From Planktothrix sp. GU0601_MAG3 (GTDB lineage: Bacteria > Cyanobacteriota > Cyanobacteriia > Cyanobacteriales > Microcoleaceae), in the NCBI GenBank assembly GCA_035193785.1, contig CP136572.1, positions 736,001 through 800,000 on the forward strand: a stretch of 64,000 nucleotides of DNA. Direction: 5' to 3'. Shown here one piece after another: positions 1-11,453 of the stretch (position 1 is the stretch's first letter; every line of letters starts with the position of its first letter). The translations under genes were made by a program, and so were the position numbers. The notes beneath the pieces were generated by a model. The model did no database searches. It saw only the letters and a program-made list of their open reading frames with translations, and was not told the DNA's origin.

Positions 1-114
1 ATGGTGTGAGCTTCCAATTCAATTAAGTTTATTCTAGCTTTGGCGAACCTGCAATCAATCTTTGATTATGATCACCCTAGCTGAGTACAGCGCGGAGAGC
101 AATATTGTCGGTTT

Positions 115-311
115 TTGACACTCCACCGCCCAAAGGCTAGTAGATTCTTGGTTCACCGAGACTGCTGGCTTTGATAAAATCACTTCTATCAAAGCATCGG
201 CATCCCCTCCCCAATCTTGGGATTCCGTATTCCCTACGGCACTTAATCCTTGATCCGAGGGAATCCGCCCACTATGCTACAAAACTTAGCTTACTGGATC
301 ATATTATAACA
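115..311 (-). mobile_element. IS200/IS605-family right-end remnant lacking tnpB (omega-RNA-like region)
   Basis: Minus strand reads ...CCGTAGGGAATACGGAA...TTGGGGAG...GAACCAAGAATC...GGAGTGTCAA, resembling cyanobacterial tnpB 3' end/right-end sequences ending in TCAA; no transposase ORF. Confidence 0.55.
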
Positions 312-350
312 CTTGGCAAATACAGATTATCCCTCCTTGATGGAAGTTTT

Positions 351-3004
351 TTAGGGTTGAGTTGAAAGTTGTTGGCGGTGGATGTGTAATAACTGGAACT
401 CTTGCTGAGTCACCTGTTCTAACATCTTAATCATTAGTTTCTGGCCGTAGTTGTGTCCCGTCATTCCGACAACTCCCCAGATATCGCAACAATTGATCTT
501 TCTCGGAAATCATCTCCAGTTCAAATAATTGTTCTCGCAAGTTGATGATGTTTTTCTTTCCTGATTTTGTGGTTTTCTCCCATAAAATTTCCGATGTGGC
601 TTTAACTGCATTAATCCAATTTAACCATTCGGGGATGGCGTCTATTTCTCCTATCCAATTTACGGTTAAATAATATTCTGATTTTACCACCGCATCCGTG
701 AGGGAGGGTAGGTCTATGGGTACTTCTTGAATTTCATATAGAGGAATAGTATCAGGTAAACCCTGGGATAATTTTTGGCGAAATTCCTCTATATTCATGG
801 ATTCTGTTAATTCAAAATCCACAATTTCTCCGCTACTTGTTGCTCCTAATGGTAAGGCAAAAGCAATGGAAATTCGCGGATTTGGATGGTATCCCCCCGT
901 AAAAGCTAAGGGAATTGAAGCCCGACGAATTGCCCGATCAAATAGTCTGAATAAATCCAAATGTCCGACTAAAGCCATATCTCCTAATTTTCCAAATCCC
1001 ACTCTTAACCGTTGGACTCGTTGCGAATTAGGAATAAATTCTCCAGAAAATTGCGGAATTGGGGGTGATTTAATCACAATATTATGACCAAAATCCGTGC
1101 CACAAACTCCACAATGGGAACAACTTTCAAAGGAACAATCGGGGACTGTCGCCGCTTCTAATGCTCGTTTTAAGTCTTCTTTGAGCCAATTTTTATCAAT
1201 TCCACTATCAATATGATCCCAGGGTAAGGGCTGATCTAATAATACCCCATAATCCTGTTCTTGACTGTTCCCTATTCCCTGTTCCCCGTTCCCTGTTCCC
1301 TCTATCCAATTCCATTCCCCGCTTTCCACCCGACGATATTTCCAACTTAAACCCGCTTCTTCGATCGCCTGTGTCCAAGCGCCAAAAGCCCGATCCAAAC
1401 TTTCCCACCAGGAGTCCATTCCCGCCCCAAGTTCCCAAGCCCGACGCACCACTGGCCCTAAAAGGCGATCGCCTCGACCAACAAAATCCTCCATGGCCGA
1501 TATTCTGACATCGGTAAAGTTAACCTTTACCCCGCGCATTTGGCGGAATTCTTGTTTTAATAATTTTTGTTTGCGTTGGAATTCGGTGGTGGAAACTGAA
1601 TGCCATTGAAAGGGAGTATGGGGTTTGGGTGTAAAGTTAGAAATAGTTAAATTAAAGTTTAATGTTCTCCGATCTTTTGCAGAACATTCTCGTTTTAACC
1701 ATGCAACAGTTTCGGCAATTCCTAATACATCGGCATCGGTTTCTCCGGGTAAACCAATCATAAAATAGAGTTTAATTTTATCCCAGCCCTGTTCAAAGGC
1801 GGTTTTAACTCCCTTTAATAATTCCTCATTGGTTAACCCTTTATTAATAATATCTCGCATTCTTTGAGTTCCCGCTTCTGGGGCAAAAGTTAACCCACTT
1901 TGTCGTGCTCCCCCTAGAATATTGGCAATATTTTCATCAAAGCGATCAACCCGTTGACTGGGTAAAGATAAACTGACATTATAATCTTTCAGACGATTTT
2001 TTATTTCCATTCCCACCGAGGGTAAGGATAAATAATCGGAACAACTCAAAGATAATAGGGAAAATTCATTATAACCCGTTTCTTTCATCCCCTTTTCAAC
2101 AGCCTGAATCACATCTTCCGGTTCCACATCTCGCGCCGGACGGGTTAACATTCCCGGTTGACAAAACCGACAGCCCCGGGTACAACCCCGTCTAACTTCA
2201 ATTACTAACCGATCATGAACTGTTTGGACATAGGGGACAAATTTAATCGAATAGGCGGGCATTGGTGCGGCTACCCGTCTTAAAATTTGGGCGGGAACAT
2301 CAGGATGTTTGGGATGAACAGAAACCATCTTCCGCCATCTGATAAAATTGGGGAACATAAACCCCCGGAATTTGGGCTAAATCTAGTAATACGGCTTTTC
2401 TATCTAAGTTTTTTTTCTTGCATTCTTCTAAAATTAATCCAATTTCGGGTAATAATTCTTCGCCATCTCCTAAAGCGATAAAATCAAAAAAATCCGAGTA
2501 GGGTTCGGGGTTAGATGTGGCCGTTTGTCCCCCGGCAAAAATCAAGGGATAATGGGGTTGATCGGAATTTTCAGCATCACCCCAAACCGAATAATTTTGT
2601 CGGTCTTCCCAAGTTAAGGGAATTTCAGCTAAATCTAACATTTCTAAGATATTTGTTGCCCCTAATTCGTAGCTGAGGCTAAATCCTAAAATATCAAAAT
2701 CTATTAAAAAATGACGGGACTCCACACCAAATAGGGGGGTTTTGGTATCCCGCAATTTTTTTGCCAAGTCCGGGGCGGGGAGATAGGCGCGATCGCATAA
2801 TTGCCGAGGTTGGGTGTTTAAAATATTATAGAGAATCACATGGCCAAGGTTGGAGACTCCTACCTCGTAAACTTCAGGATAAGTTAACGACCAACGGACA
2901 ACGGCGGACTCCCAAGGTTTGCGTTTCGCCCCCAACTCCTGACCCAGATAACGGGCGGGTTGATGAATTTCTGGTGTAATTAGTTTCTCTACTGCGACAT
3001 TCAA
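351..3004 (-). CDS. TIGR03960-type B12-binding radical SAM protein fused to C-terminal DUF2344/TIGR03936 domain (2 apparent frameshifts)
   Basis: ORFs 2300..3094 and 427..2358 join; CxxxCxxC motif GCTRGCRFC; C-terminal GHLDLFRLFDRAIRRA...GGYHPNPRIS; extra bases at GAAAC 2321-2325 and GTTTC 437-441; repaired C-terminus ...LEQVTQQEFQLLHIHRQQLSTQP*; start approximate. Confidence 0.85.
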
Positions 3005-3293
3005 GGCGAACCTCACCCTATTAATAACGACACTATATTTAAGATTACCATTAATGTTGCCATTGTGTTGACTATAGCAGTACCGTCTGATCAAATATTT
3101 GAGGGCGAAACCTAAAAAACAATTGATTTTTTAAATAACTTTTGGGTAAAATGTATTAAAACATACTAAAAATCTACCATAAGGCAGATGAATTTGGGAC
3201 TGAATAAATGTTATTAATGTTCCCATATATTAGGTGATAAGGATCACTTCCAATAAAAGGATATGATCACAAGTAAAAATCACCATTTATAAG

Positions 3294-3524
3294 ATGATAA
3301 GAATAAGTGAGTTATCCGTACCTACCATGTCAGCAACGACGAATATGATTCGTAAACTGGTTGAAAAAGCTCTCTATTTCCGATGTCTGACTCCTGAAAT
3401 TGAAAATGGGATTAATACAGAATTAACCCGACTGGGTTATGTTTCGGACGTCGATTATGAAGCCTTAGAATTATTAATGGAAGAAATGGATGCTGGGCGC
3501 ATTCGTTTGGTGTCTAGCTGTTAA
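3294..3524 (+). CDS. Small hypothetical protein (start may be a downstream Met)
   Basis: ORF IRKLVEKAL...DYEALELLMEEMDAGRI resembles a small conserved cyanobacterial family. Confidence 0.6.
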   Translation: MIRISELSVPTMSATTNMIRKLVEKALYFRCLTPEIENGINTELTRLGYVSDVDYEALELLMEEMDAGRIRLVSSC

Positions 3525-3577
3525 TGGGTATAAATTTGAAAACCTAGATATTTAAAAATAAATAGGGTTTTGTATTT

Positions 3578-3997
3578 CTATCCATTAGACCCAAGAACAT
3601 TAGCAGAAGCTCGCCAAACTTGACCAATAAAGTCTTGCAAGTGTTGGTGAGCAGAACAGATATTTACCCGTTTAACTCCAGGAAAATTGGCTTCTGGAGA
3701 CTCTAACTGGGCTAGAAAAGTAATAACTTCCGTATCCAAAGCCGCCCTAAATAAATGTGTTGGCCAAATTAAATCCGGGCTTTGGCGTAAATCAGATAAA
3801 ATAAAGGTTTCTGGGGTAAAACCAAAACTCGAAAAATTGTCTTCCGAATAATCAGATAACCCTTCAATTAACATTAAAGGTCTTACCCAGCAGACATTCC
3901 TAACTTCGACAACTTGAATGACTTCTGCATACAAACAACTGTTGTCATGATTTAATCCCACAATTTGACCGGGCTTAAAATTCAAGCTAGAGTCCAT
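3578..3997 (-). CDS. Conserved cyanobacterial hypothetical protein
   Basis: 139-aa ORF with LYAEVIQVV..R..CWVRPL and DL.WP..LFR.ALDTEV motifs. Confidence 0.7.
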   Translation of the reverse strand: MDSSLNFKPGQIVGLNHDNSCLYAEVIQVVEVRNVCWVRPLMLIEGLSDYSEDNFSSFGFTPETFILSDLRQSPDLIWPTHLFRAALDTEVITFLAQLESPEANFPGVKRVNICSAHQHLQDFIGQVWRASANVLGSNG

Positions 3998-4042
3998 TCT
4001 GCTTCACAGCTTATTAATTAAAAGTATTTAGAATTATAACAC

Positions 4043-4717
4043 TTAGGGTTGATCAATTTGGTTGAGTGCGAATTCCAAATCTTGGATCAGATGTTGGGCG
4101 TCTTTTTTGGCTGAACCTTGACAGTAATCATTCACAGACAAGGGATAACCAATTTTTATTTTAACACTAGAACCTCGACGGGGGATAATGGGATTATAGC
4201 GTACAGAAATCGGGACAATCTTAATTCCTAAGTGTTCATGGCTAGTTTCCGCCTGTATAGCTAAACGCCCCAGTCCCAATTTTAGGGGGTGAACTTGGTC
4301 ATCCTGAAAAATATTTCCTTCGGGAAAAATCACTAACATTTCTCCTTGGTGCAGCAATTCTACTCCATAACGAATAGTAGAAATAGTGGGATGTTTTTGA
4401 TTAATCGCAAACCCGCCCAGGTGACGAATAAACCATCCTTGTACTCCTTGCATTTCATCAACCGTAACCATAAACCGCAAGTCCCGCCCCGTGACATAGC
4501 GACCCGCAGCATAGGGAATCATAATCGCATCCCAACGGGAACGATGGGTCGGTGCTAGAATGATAGGGCCTTGTTGGGGAAGATTTTCTTGGCCGATCAC
4601 TTCCAGGGATTTAAAATAAAATGGTAAAACTATATGTCGTCCCAAGGGGTAAACAATGGAGGCCAGGGAGGGAGAAACGTCAGAATTAACCCGTGTTTCC
4701 TTTGTAGATATGGACAT
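4043..4717 (-). CDS. plsC: 1-acyl-sn-glycerol-3-phosphate (lysophospholipid) acyltransferase, PlsC family
   Basis: HRSRWD (Hx4D) and IFPEG motifs; start placed at MSISTK because the upstream extension runs through a repeat element. Confidence 0.8.
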   Translation of the reverse strand: MSISTKETRVNSDVSPSLASIVYPLGRHIVLPFYFKSLEVIGQENLPQQGPIILAPTHRSRWDAIMIPYAAGRYVTGRDLRFMVTVDEMQGVQGWFIRHLGGFAINQKHPTISTIRYGVELLHQGEMLVIFPEGNIFQDDQVHPLKLGLGRLAIQAETSHEHLGIKIVPISVRYNPIIPRRGSSVKIKIGYPLSVNDYCQGSAKKDAQHLIQDLEFALNQIDQP

Positions 4718-4785
4718 TTTTTTTGCAGAAGATTGATTAGAGTCAAAGATGAGCATAACGGTTTTCGTGGGTTGAATAAACCTCT

Positions 4786-4918
4786 TAAGTGCTGGTGCAA
4801 AATAAATTACCCAGTTAAGAAAGGGAACACCGGAAACACCGGAACACCGGAACACCGGAATAGGGAACACCGGATCTGGAAATCACCAAATGTGTAAATA
4901 ATTATGTTTGGGTACTTG
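4786..4918. mobile_element. MITE-like element with imperfect terminal inverted repeats enclosing GGAACACC tandem repeats
   Basis: TAAGTGCTGGTGCAAAATAAATTAC ... GTAAATAATTATGTTTGGGTACTT; shares CACCGGATCTGG and end sequence with the element at 39408-39498. Confidence 0.5.
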
Positions 4919-4983
4919 ACTTGATTTTAAAAAGTTGGAAGGGTTTTCTTTATTGTGATCAGGACAGTTTTTTTATTGTCTGT

Positions 4984-5472
4984 TTAATGGCGTTTTTGAG
5001 CAAACCAAGATTGTAATTGTTGACGACAGGAAGATTCTAATATTCCACCTAAAACCGATAATTTATGGTAAGAACAGGGACTATCGGGAAGGTTAATAAC
5101 GGTGCGAATAGTTCCAGTTTTGGGGTCATCAGCACCATAAACTAATAACCCTAAACGAGCTTGCAAAATTGCTCCGGTACACATGGGACAGGGTTCGAGG
5201 GTAACATATAAAGTACAGGTGTTTAGATGCCAATTTTTTAATATTTTTCCCGCTTGTCTGATGGCTAATATTTCAGCGTGGGCGGTGGGGTCACAGTCTC
5301 TTTCTTTGCGGTTTTGGGTTTGGGAAATTAGTTGATTATTCTGATTAATAATAATTGCTCCAACCGGAACTTCTCCGGCTTCTCCCGCTTGTTGCGCTAA
5401 TTCTAAAGCCTGACTCATCCAATATTGATGGGTGGAATAGTCGTTAAAAATTGAGTTTGGGGAAACAGACAT
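4984..5472 (-). CDS. tadA: tRNA adenosine(34) deaminase
   Basis: GEVPVGA, DPTAHAE and TLEPCPMC motifs; start approximate. Confidence 0.9.
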   Translation of the reverse strand: MSVSPNSIFNDYSTHQYWMSQALELAQQAGEAGEVPVGAIIINQNNQLISQTQNRKERDCDPTAHAEILAIRQAGKILKNWHLNTCTLYVTLEPCPMCTGAILQARLGLLVYGADDPKTGTIRTVINLPDSPCSYHKLSVLGGILESSCRQQLQSWFAQKRH

Positions 5473-5668
5473 CGGGGGGTTGTTTTTTTGTGTTGACTTT
5501 TTAATCAAGCGTATAGTCATGTTAGCCGTATAAATATTGTACGATGGTGGCGGGATTTTGTCAAGGGTAGCTTCTGTCTTGGTCGGCAATTTTTTTAATC
5601 AAATCAGTTTTGAGTTAGGAGAAGATAGAATAAGAAATGCTGTGGTGAAAAGTGCGATCGCTTAAAAA

Positions 5669-8600
5669 ATGTCTACCGAAACCCCTTGTCCCTTTTCTGC
5701 TGAAGAAATTGCCTCTGAAGGCATCAAACCCGAAGAATATGAAGAAATTGTCCGACGCTTAGGAAGACATCCCAACAAAGCGGAATTAGGGATGTTTGGG
5801 GTGATGTGGAGCGAACACTGTTGTTATAAAAATTCTCGGCCTCTGCTCAAACAATTTCCCACCACGGGAGAGCGGATTTTAGTTGGCCCCGGAGAAAATG
5901 CCGGAGTGGTGGACTTCGGTGATGGGCTGCATATTGCCTTTAAAATCGAATCCCATAATCACCCTTCAGCTATTGAACCCTTCCAAGGTGCCGCGACGGG
6001 AGTGGGGGGAATTTTAAGAGATATTTTCACCATGGGAGCGCGTCCAATTGCGGCGTTAAATTCCTTGCGATTTGGTTCATTAGAAGATTCCAGAAATAGA
6101 CAAATCTTTAAAGGAGTGGTTTCTGGTATTAGTCATTATGGTAATTGTTTAATTGCCAGTGAAAGGTTTGTGTGGCGGGATAATCAGGGGATTTATTTTG
6201 ACACCATTGGTAATTTTGTTGAATCTCATCTTCTCCCTAACGAAACGACAACTGAACTTAATCAAGCTCCTGGTATTGAAACACTTTCTATCGACCCAGA
6301 AACCCAACAAAGCTGTTGGCAAGCTGTTACCCGGGTGTTTAAGCGACAAACTCAAACTCTGATTACCTTCCGCACGGCATTAGGACGGACTTTAACGGTG
6401 ACTCCTGACCATTTAATTTTACTACTAGAAGATGGGAAATGGTGTGTGCGAGAGGCTAAGTTGCTAAAAGAAGGAGATGTAATTCCCTTACTAATTAATT
6501 TACCTTTACCTGATTTTCAAGCTATTGAGGAGATTCCTGCCCTAGATTTATTAGAAACCTTAAATGACTCTCATCAAGGGCGACAAAATGTTTATGTTCA
6601 ACTGCCGGAAACGTGGCAACCGACAGAAACCATTCGGGCTGAATTATGCCTATTAGAAACCCTCGGCTACTAACCGTTATCAATATATTCATAAACGTTA
6701 TTTACCTTTACCCTATTTCCTGAAATTAGAACCACTTCTGAATGTGCAGCGATGGGATATTTTGCTATTCCGTAGAAGTGGGAAAGCCAACTACATGAAA
6801 GCCGTAATTAAACCGGATGAAACCTTTGCTCGTTTCCTCGGTTATTATCTCTCAGAAGGGTGTGTTTCTGCTAACGGTAATACTTACAAAATTATCCTGA
6901 CATTTGCTTTACATGAACAAGAATATGTTGATGATGTTGTACAGGGATTCAAAGATTTAGGACTAAGCCCCTGTATTGAAAAACGACAATCAACAATTGC
7001 TGTTTATGCGACGTCTTGGCTGTTAGGATATGTCTTAAAAGAGGTTTGGCAATGTGGAGAGGGTTCAGCAAATAAAGCTTTTCCTAGTTTTGTTTTTACC
7101 TGGCCAAAACATTTACAAAGAGAAGCCTTAAAAGGATTAATGCGAGGGGATGGTTCTTTTACAACCAAGACAAACGGCAGTCATGCTAAAATCGCCTTCG
7201 GTTCGACTAGCCAAAAATTATTTGAACAAGCTTTAGCATTAATTCAAAGCCAAGGTGCAGTTCCTTCTATTCATTATCGCCCTTCTGCTGCTGGAGAAAT
7301 TGAAGGTCGCCCTTATCAAAGTCTACCGTTTTGGGAATTAGAGGTGAGTAATATTTCGGGGCTCACTTCTTTGACTCAAATTTTTTCTCAAGAACGAGAT
7401 GAACAACTGGTTGAGGCTTTAAGTCTTTATCAAGGAAATCGATATTCTTTCCCTCGTTTTGATGTTTCTAACGAGTTAGCTTTTGTCAAAGTTCGGAGTG
7501 TGGAAACTAAAAATGTTGAATTGTGTGATGTCTATGATGTTGAAGTAGAAAATACTCACTTATTTGTGACAACATCTGGAATTGTAACTCACAATTGTTT
7601 CGGGGTTCCAACGGTTGGGGGAGAGGTTTATTTTGATCCAGCTTATAATGGAAATCCCCTAGTTAATGCGATGGCAATTGGGTTAATGGAAACCCCAGAA
7701 ATTGTGAAATCGGGTGCTTCAGGAATTGGAAATCCGGTGTTATATGTAGGTTCAACAACGGGGCGGGATGGCATGGGGGGAGCGAGTTTCGCCAGTGCCG
7801 AATTAAGCGAAGAATCGATCCAAGATCGTCCGGCGGTACAAGTCGGAGATCCGTTTTTAGAAAAGTCTTTAGTGGAAGCTTGTTTGGAAGCGTTTAAAAC
7901 GGGCGCGGTAGTTGCTGCTCAGGATATGGGAGCGGCGGGAATTACCTGCTCAACATCAGAAATGGCAGCCAAAGGTGGGGTAGGAATTGAGCTAGATTTA
8001 GACTTAATTCCGGTACGAGAAACGGGAATGGTTGCCTATGAATATCTGTTATCGGAATCCCAAGAACGGATGTTATTTGTCGCTCAAAAAGGACGGGAAC
8101 AGGAGTTAATTGATATTTTCCATCGTTGGGGATTACAGGCGGTTGTGGCGGGAACTGTGATTGCAGAACCCATAGTTAGAATTTTATTTAAAGGGGAAAT
8201 TGCGGCGGAAATTCCGGCGGATGCCTTAGCAGAAAATACGCCATTATATCCGCGAGAAATATTATCAGAACCCCCAGAATATGTTCAAATAGCCTGGCAA
8301 TGGAAACCGGAAAATTTACCGGAATCTACGGTTTCAGGAATCAAAATTAAGGAGGAATTTCAATCGTGGAATCAAGTATTATTGACCCTATTAGATACCC
8401 CTTCAATTGCCTCTAAACAGTGGGTTTATCGTCAATATGATCATCAAGTTCAGAACAATACGGTTTTAGTTCCCGGCGGTGGGGATGCGGCCGTAATTCG
8501 TCTACGCCCCCTAGAACCCCGGTCAACCCCAAATGGAGAAGCCGTATCCCCCTCTGCCCCCCCTGCCCCCCCTGCTCCCTCCGCCCCCCCTGCCCAAACA

Positions 8601-9521
8601 AAAGGACTAGCCGCAACAGTAGACTGTAACTCCCGGTATGTGTACCTCGACCCCTACGAAGGCGCGAAGGCAACCGTAGCCGAAGCCGCCCGGAATTTAA
8701 GCTGTGTGGGGGCTGAACCGATTGCGGTGACGGATAACCTAAATTTTGGTAGTCCTGAAAAACCGATTGGATATTGGCAGTTAGCCGAATCCTGTCGGGG
8801 GATTTCCGATGGCTGTAAGGCGTTGAATACTCCGGTGACGGGGGGGAATGTGTCCCTATATAATGAAACCCTCGATGCCGATGGGAACCCAGAATCCATT
8901 TATCCGACCCCGGTGGTGGGGATGGTGGGGTTAATTACGGATTTAACTAAAGTTTGTGGCCAAGGTTGGCAGGGTTCGGGGGATTTAATCTATCTTTTGG
9001 GGGATGACAAAACCCTACCCACCTTGGGCGCGTCGGAATATCTGGCGGTGCTGCATGGCACAATTGCGGGTAAGCCTCCGAGGGTGGATTTTGGGTTAGA
9101 ACAAAAGGTACAAACGGCCTGTCGGGAAGGTATTCGTCAAGGGTGGATTAAATCGGCCCATGATTGTGCTGAAGGTGGGTTAGCGGTGGCTTTAGCCGAA
9201 TCTTGTCTGAGTGGCAAAAAAGGAGCAACGGTGAAGCTGGATTTAAGTTCTACCGCTTCTGTGCGTTGGGATGAAATTCTCTTTGCGGAAGGGGGAGGAC
9301 GAATTCTGGTTTCTGTCCCTCCTGAATATCAGTCGGTGTGGGAAGAATTTTTACACCAACAGTTAGGGGAAGAAAACGAGATCTGGCAAAACTTGGGTTT
9401 TGTGGGTGCGGGGTCTGAAGCTTTGCGGATTTTGGCTGCGGATCAGGGTTTAATTGAGGTTGAGCTTGGGGAAATGGGCGATCGCTATTTTAATGGGATT
9501 GAGCGTCGGTTGGACGTTTAA
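5669..9521 (+). CDS. purL: Phosphoribosylformylglycinamidine synthase subunit PurL, interrupted by an intein (1 apparent frameshift inside the intein)
   Basis: [35 protein letters not shown] and GGNVSLYN motifs; adjacent to purF. Confidence 0.95.
6146..7595 (+). mobile_element. Intein with LAGLIDADG homing endonuclease (~483 aa after repair)
   Basis: Extein ...[11 protein letters not shown]; block B TPDH; LAGLIDADG-like LGYYLSEG and LKGLMRGDG; block [25 protein letters not shown]; removal restores [13 protein letters not shown]. Confidence 0.93.
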
Positions 9522-9704
9522 GCCTAATTTCAGCCCCAAGATTAGGGAAACGGACAGCAGAGGTGGGTCTTTCTTGCGATTTCAGCTAAAAAGGGATAAG
9601 ATTAAGAAAATGTTAACTTTTTAACAGTTGTACTCGCATTATCCAGTAGCCTTGATTCATAAATCCCACCATCTGACCTTGCAGATCAGGAGCAAAACCG
9701 TAAC

Positions 9705-11184
9705 ATGATTCCAAATAATTCCCTTGATATCCACTCTGCCCAGGTTGATCCCGAACGACCTGATAAGCCGGAAGAAGCCTGTGGCGTTTTTGGGGTGTAT
9801 GCTCCAGGGGAGGATGTCGCTAAACTGACTTATTTTGGTCTATATGCGCTGCAACACCGAGGCCAAGAATCCGCAGGGATTGCCACCTTTGATGGTGAAA
9901 CGGTGCATTTGCACAAAGACATGGGATTAGTTTCCCAGGTTTTTAATGAAACTATTTTAAATAGCTTAACCGGGAATCTGGCGGTGGGTCATACCCGCTA
10001 TTCTACGACGGGATCGAGTCGTCGGGTAAATGCCCAGCCGGCCGTGGTTCCAACTCGTTTAGGTTCCCTAGCCCTAGCACATAATGGCAATTTAGTCAAT
10101 ACCGGCGAATTGCGTGCAGAATTAACCCGGCGGGAGTGTGATTTTCTGACCACCACCGATAGCGAAATGATTGCTTTAGCGATCGCTTCGGAAGTTAATA
10201 ATGGCAAAGACTGGTTAGAAGGGGCTTTAAGTGCCTTTACTCTGTGCCAGGGGGCCTATAGTTTAGTGATTGGGACACCCAAGGGGATGATGGGAGTCCG
10301 TGACCCCAATGGGATTCGACCCTTAGTGATTGGAATTTTACCCAGCACTCCCCAACGGTATGTTTTGGCGTCGGAAACCTGTGGATTAGATATTATTGGG
10401 GCGGAATACCTACGCGATGTGGAACCGGGGGAATTGGTTTGGATCACCGAAGAAGGGATGTCATCTTTCCACTGGAGTCCCAAACCCGCCCGGAAATTAT
10501 GTGTTTTTGAGATGATTTATTTTGCCCGTCCCGATAGTGTGATGTGTGGCGAAAGTCTCTATAGTTATCGCTTGGAAATCGGACGAATTTTAGCCAAGGA
10601 ATCCTTTGTTGATGCGGATATCGTGATTGGGGTTTCCTGACTCTGGGATTCCGGCGGCGATTGGATTTTCCCAGGGGTCGGGGATTCCTTTTGCTGAGGG
10701 ATTAATTAAAAACCGTTATGTGGGACGGACGTTTATTCAACCGACCCAAAGTATGCGGGAGTCGGGGATTCGCATGAAGTTAAACCCGTTAAAGGATGTC
10801 TTGGAGGGCAAACGGGTGATTATTGTGGATGATTCGATTGTCCGAGGAACGACCAGTCGCAAAATTGTGAAGGCGCTGCGGGATGCGGGTGCAACTGAAG
10901 TTCACATGAGAATTTCTTCTCCTCCGGTTACCCATCCTTGTTTTTATGGGATTGATACCGATAGTCAGGAACAATTGATTGCGGCTACTAAATCCGTTGA
11001 GGAAATTCGTCAACAAATTGAAGTGGATAGTTTAGCTTATTTGAGTTGGGAAGGAATGTTAATCGCCACTCGGGAAGATACTAATACCTTCTGTTCCGCG
11101 TGTTTTACCGGAAATTATCCCATTGATATTCCTGAAAAAGTGAAACGCTCTAAATTAATATTGGAGAAATCGGTAACGGTTTAA
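9705..11184 (+). CDS. purF: Amidophosphoribosyltransferase (1 apparent frameshift at GTTTC 10632-10636)
   Basis: EEAC-GVFG N-terminal nucleophile, [27 protein letters not shown]; repair gives IGVPDSG. Confidence 0.95.
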
Positions 11185-11259
11185 CTTCTGAAATAGAACT
11201 CATAGACCTGACCATAGAAACCGGATTTCTGACCCAAGAAACCCGGTTTCTATTTTGAT

Positions 11260-11350
11260 AGGGAACAGGGAACAGGGAACAGGGAACAGGGAACAGGGAA
11301 CAGGGAACAGGGAACAGGGAACAGGGAACAGGGAACAGGGAACAGGGAAC
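11260..11350. repeat. STRR heptamer (AGGGAAC)x13
   Basis: Perfect tandem repeat, preceded by AGAAACC(C)GG(A/T)TTCT palindromes at 11216-11251. Confidence 0.95.
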
Positions 11351-11453
11351 AGTAAGCAGTAAATGAGTTTGCTGGCTTTAGAAGTGTCCTAACTGTGAAT
11401 GCGTACCGCTATATTTAACCACAAAGACGCAAAGAAGTTTTAAACACGCTCTG

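Noticed and set aside
5669..9521. Naturally split intein / two-gene purL
   Set aside because: The break lies between 6657 and 6673 at a GAAAC site; one-base removal gives a continuous frame, so a contiguous intein is more likely
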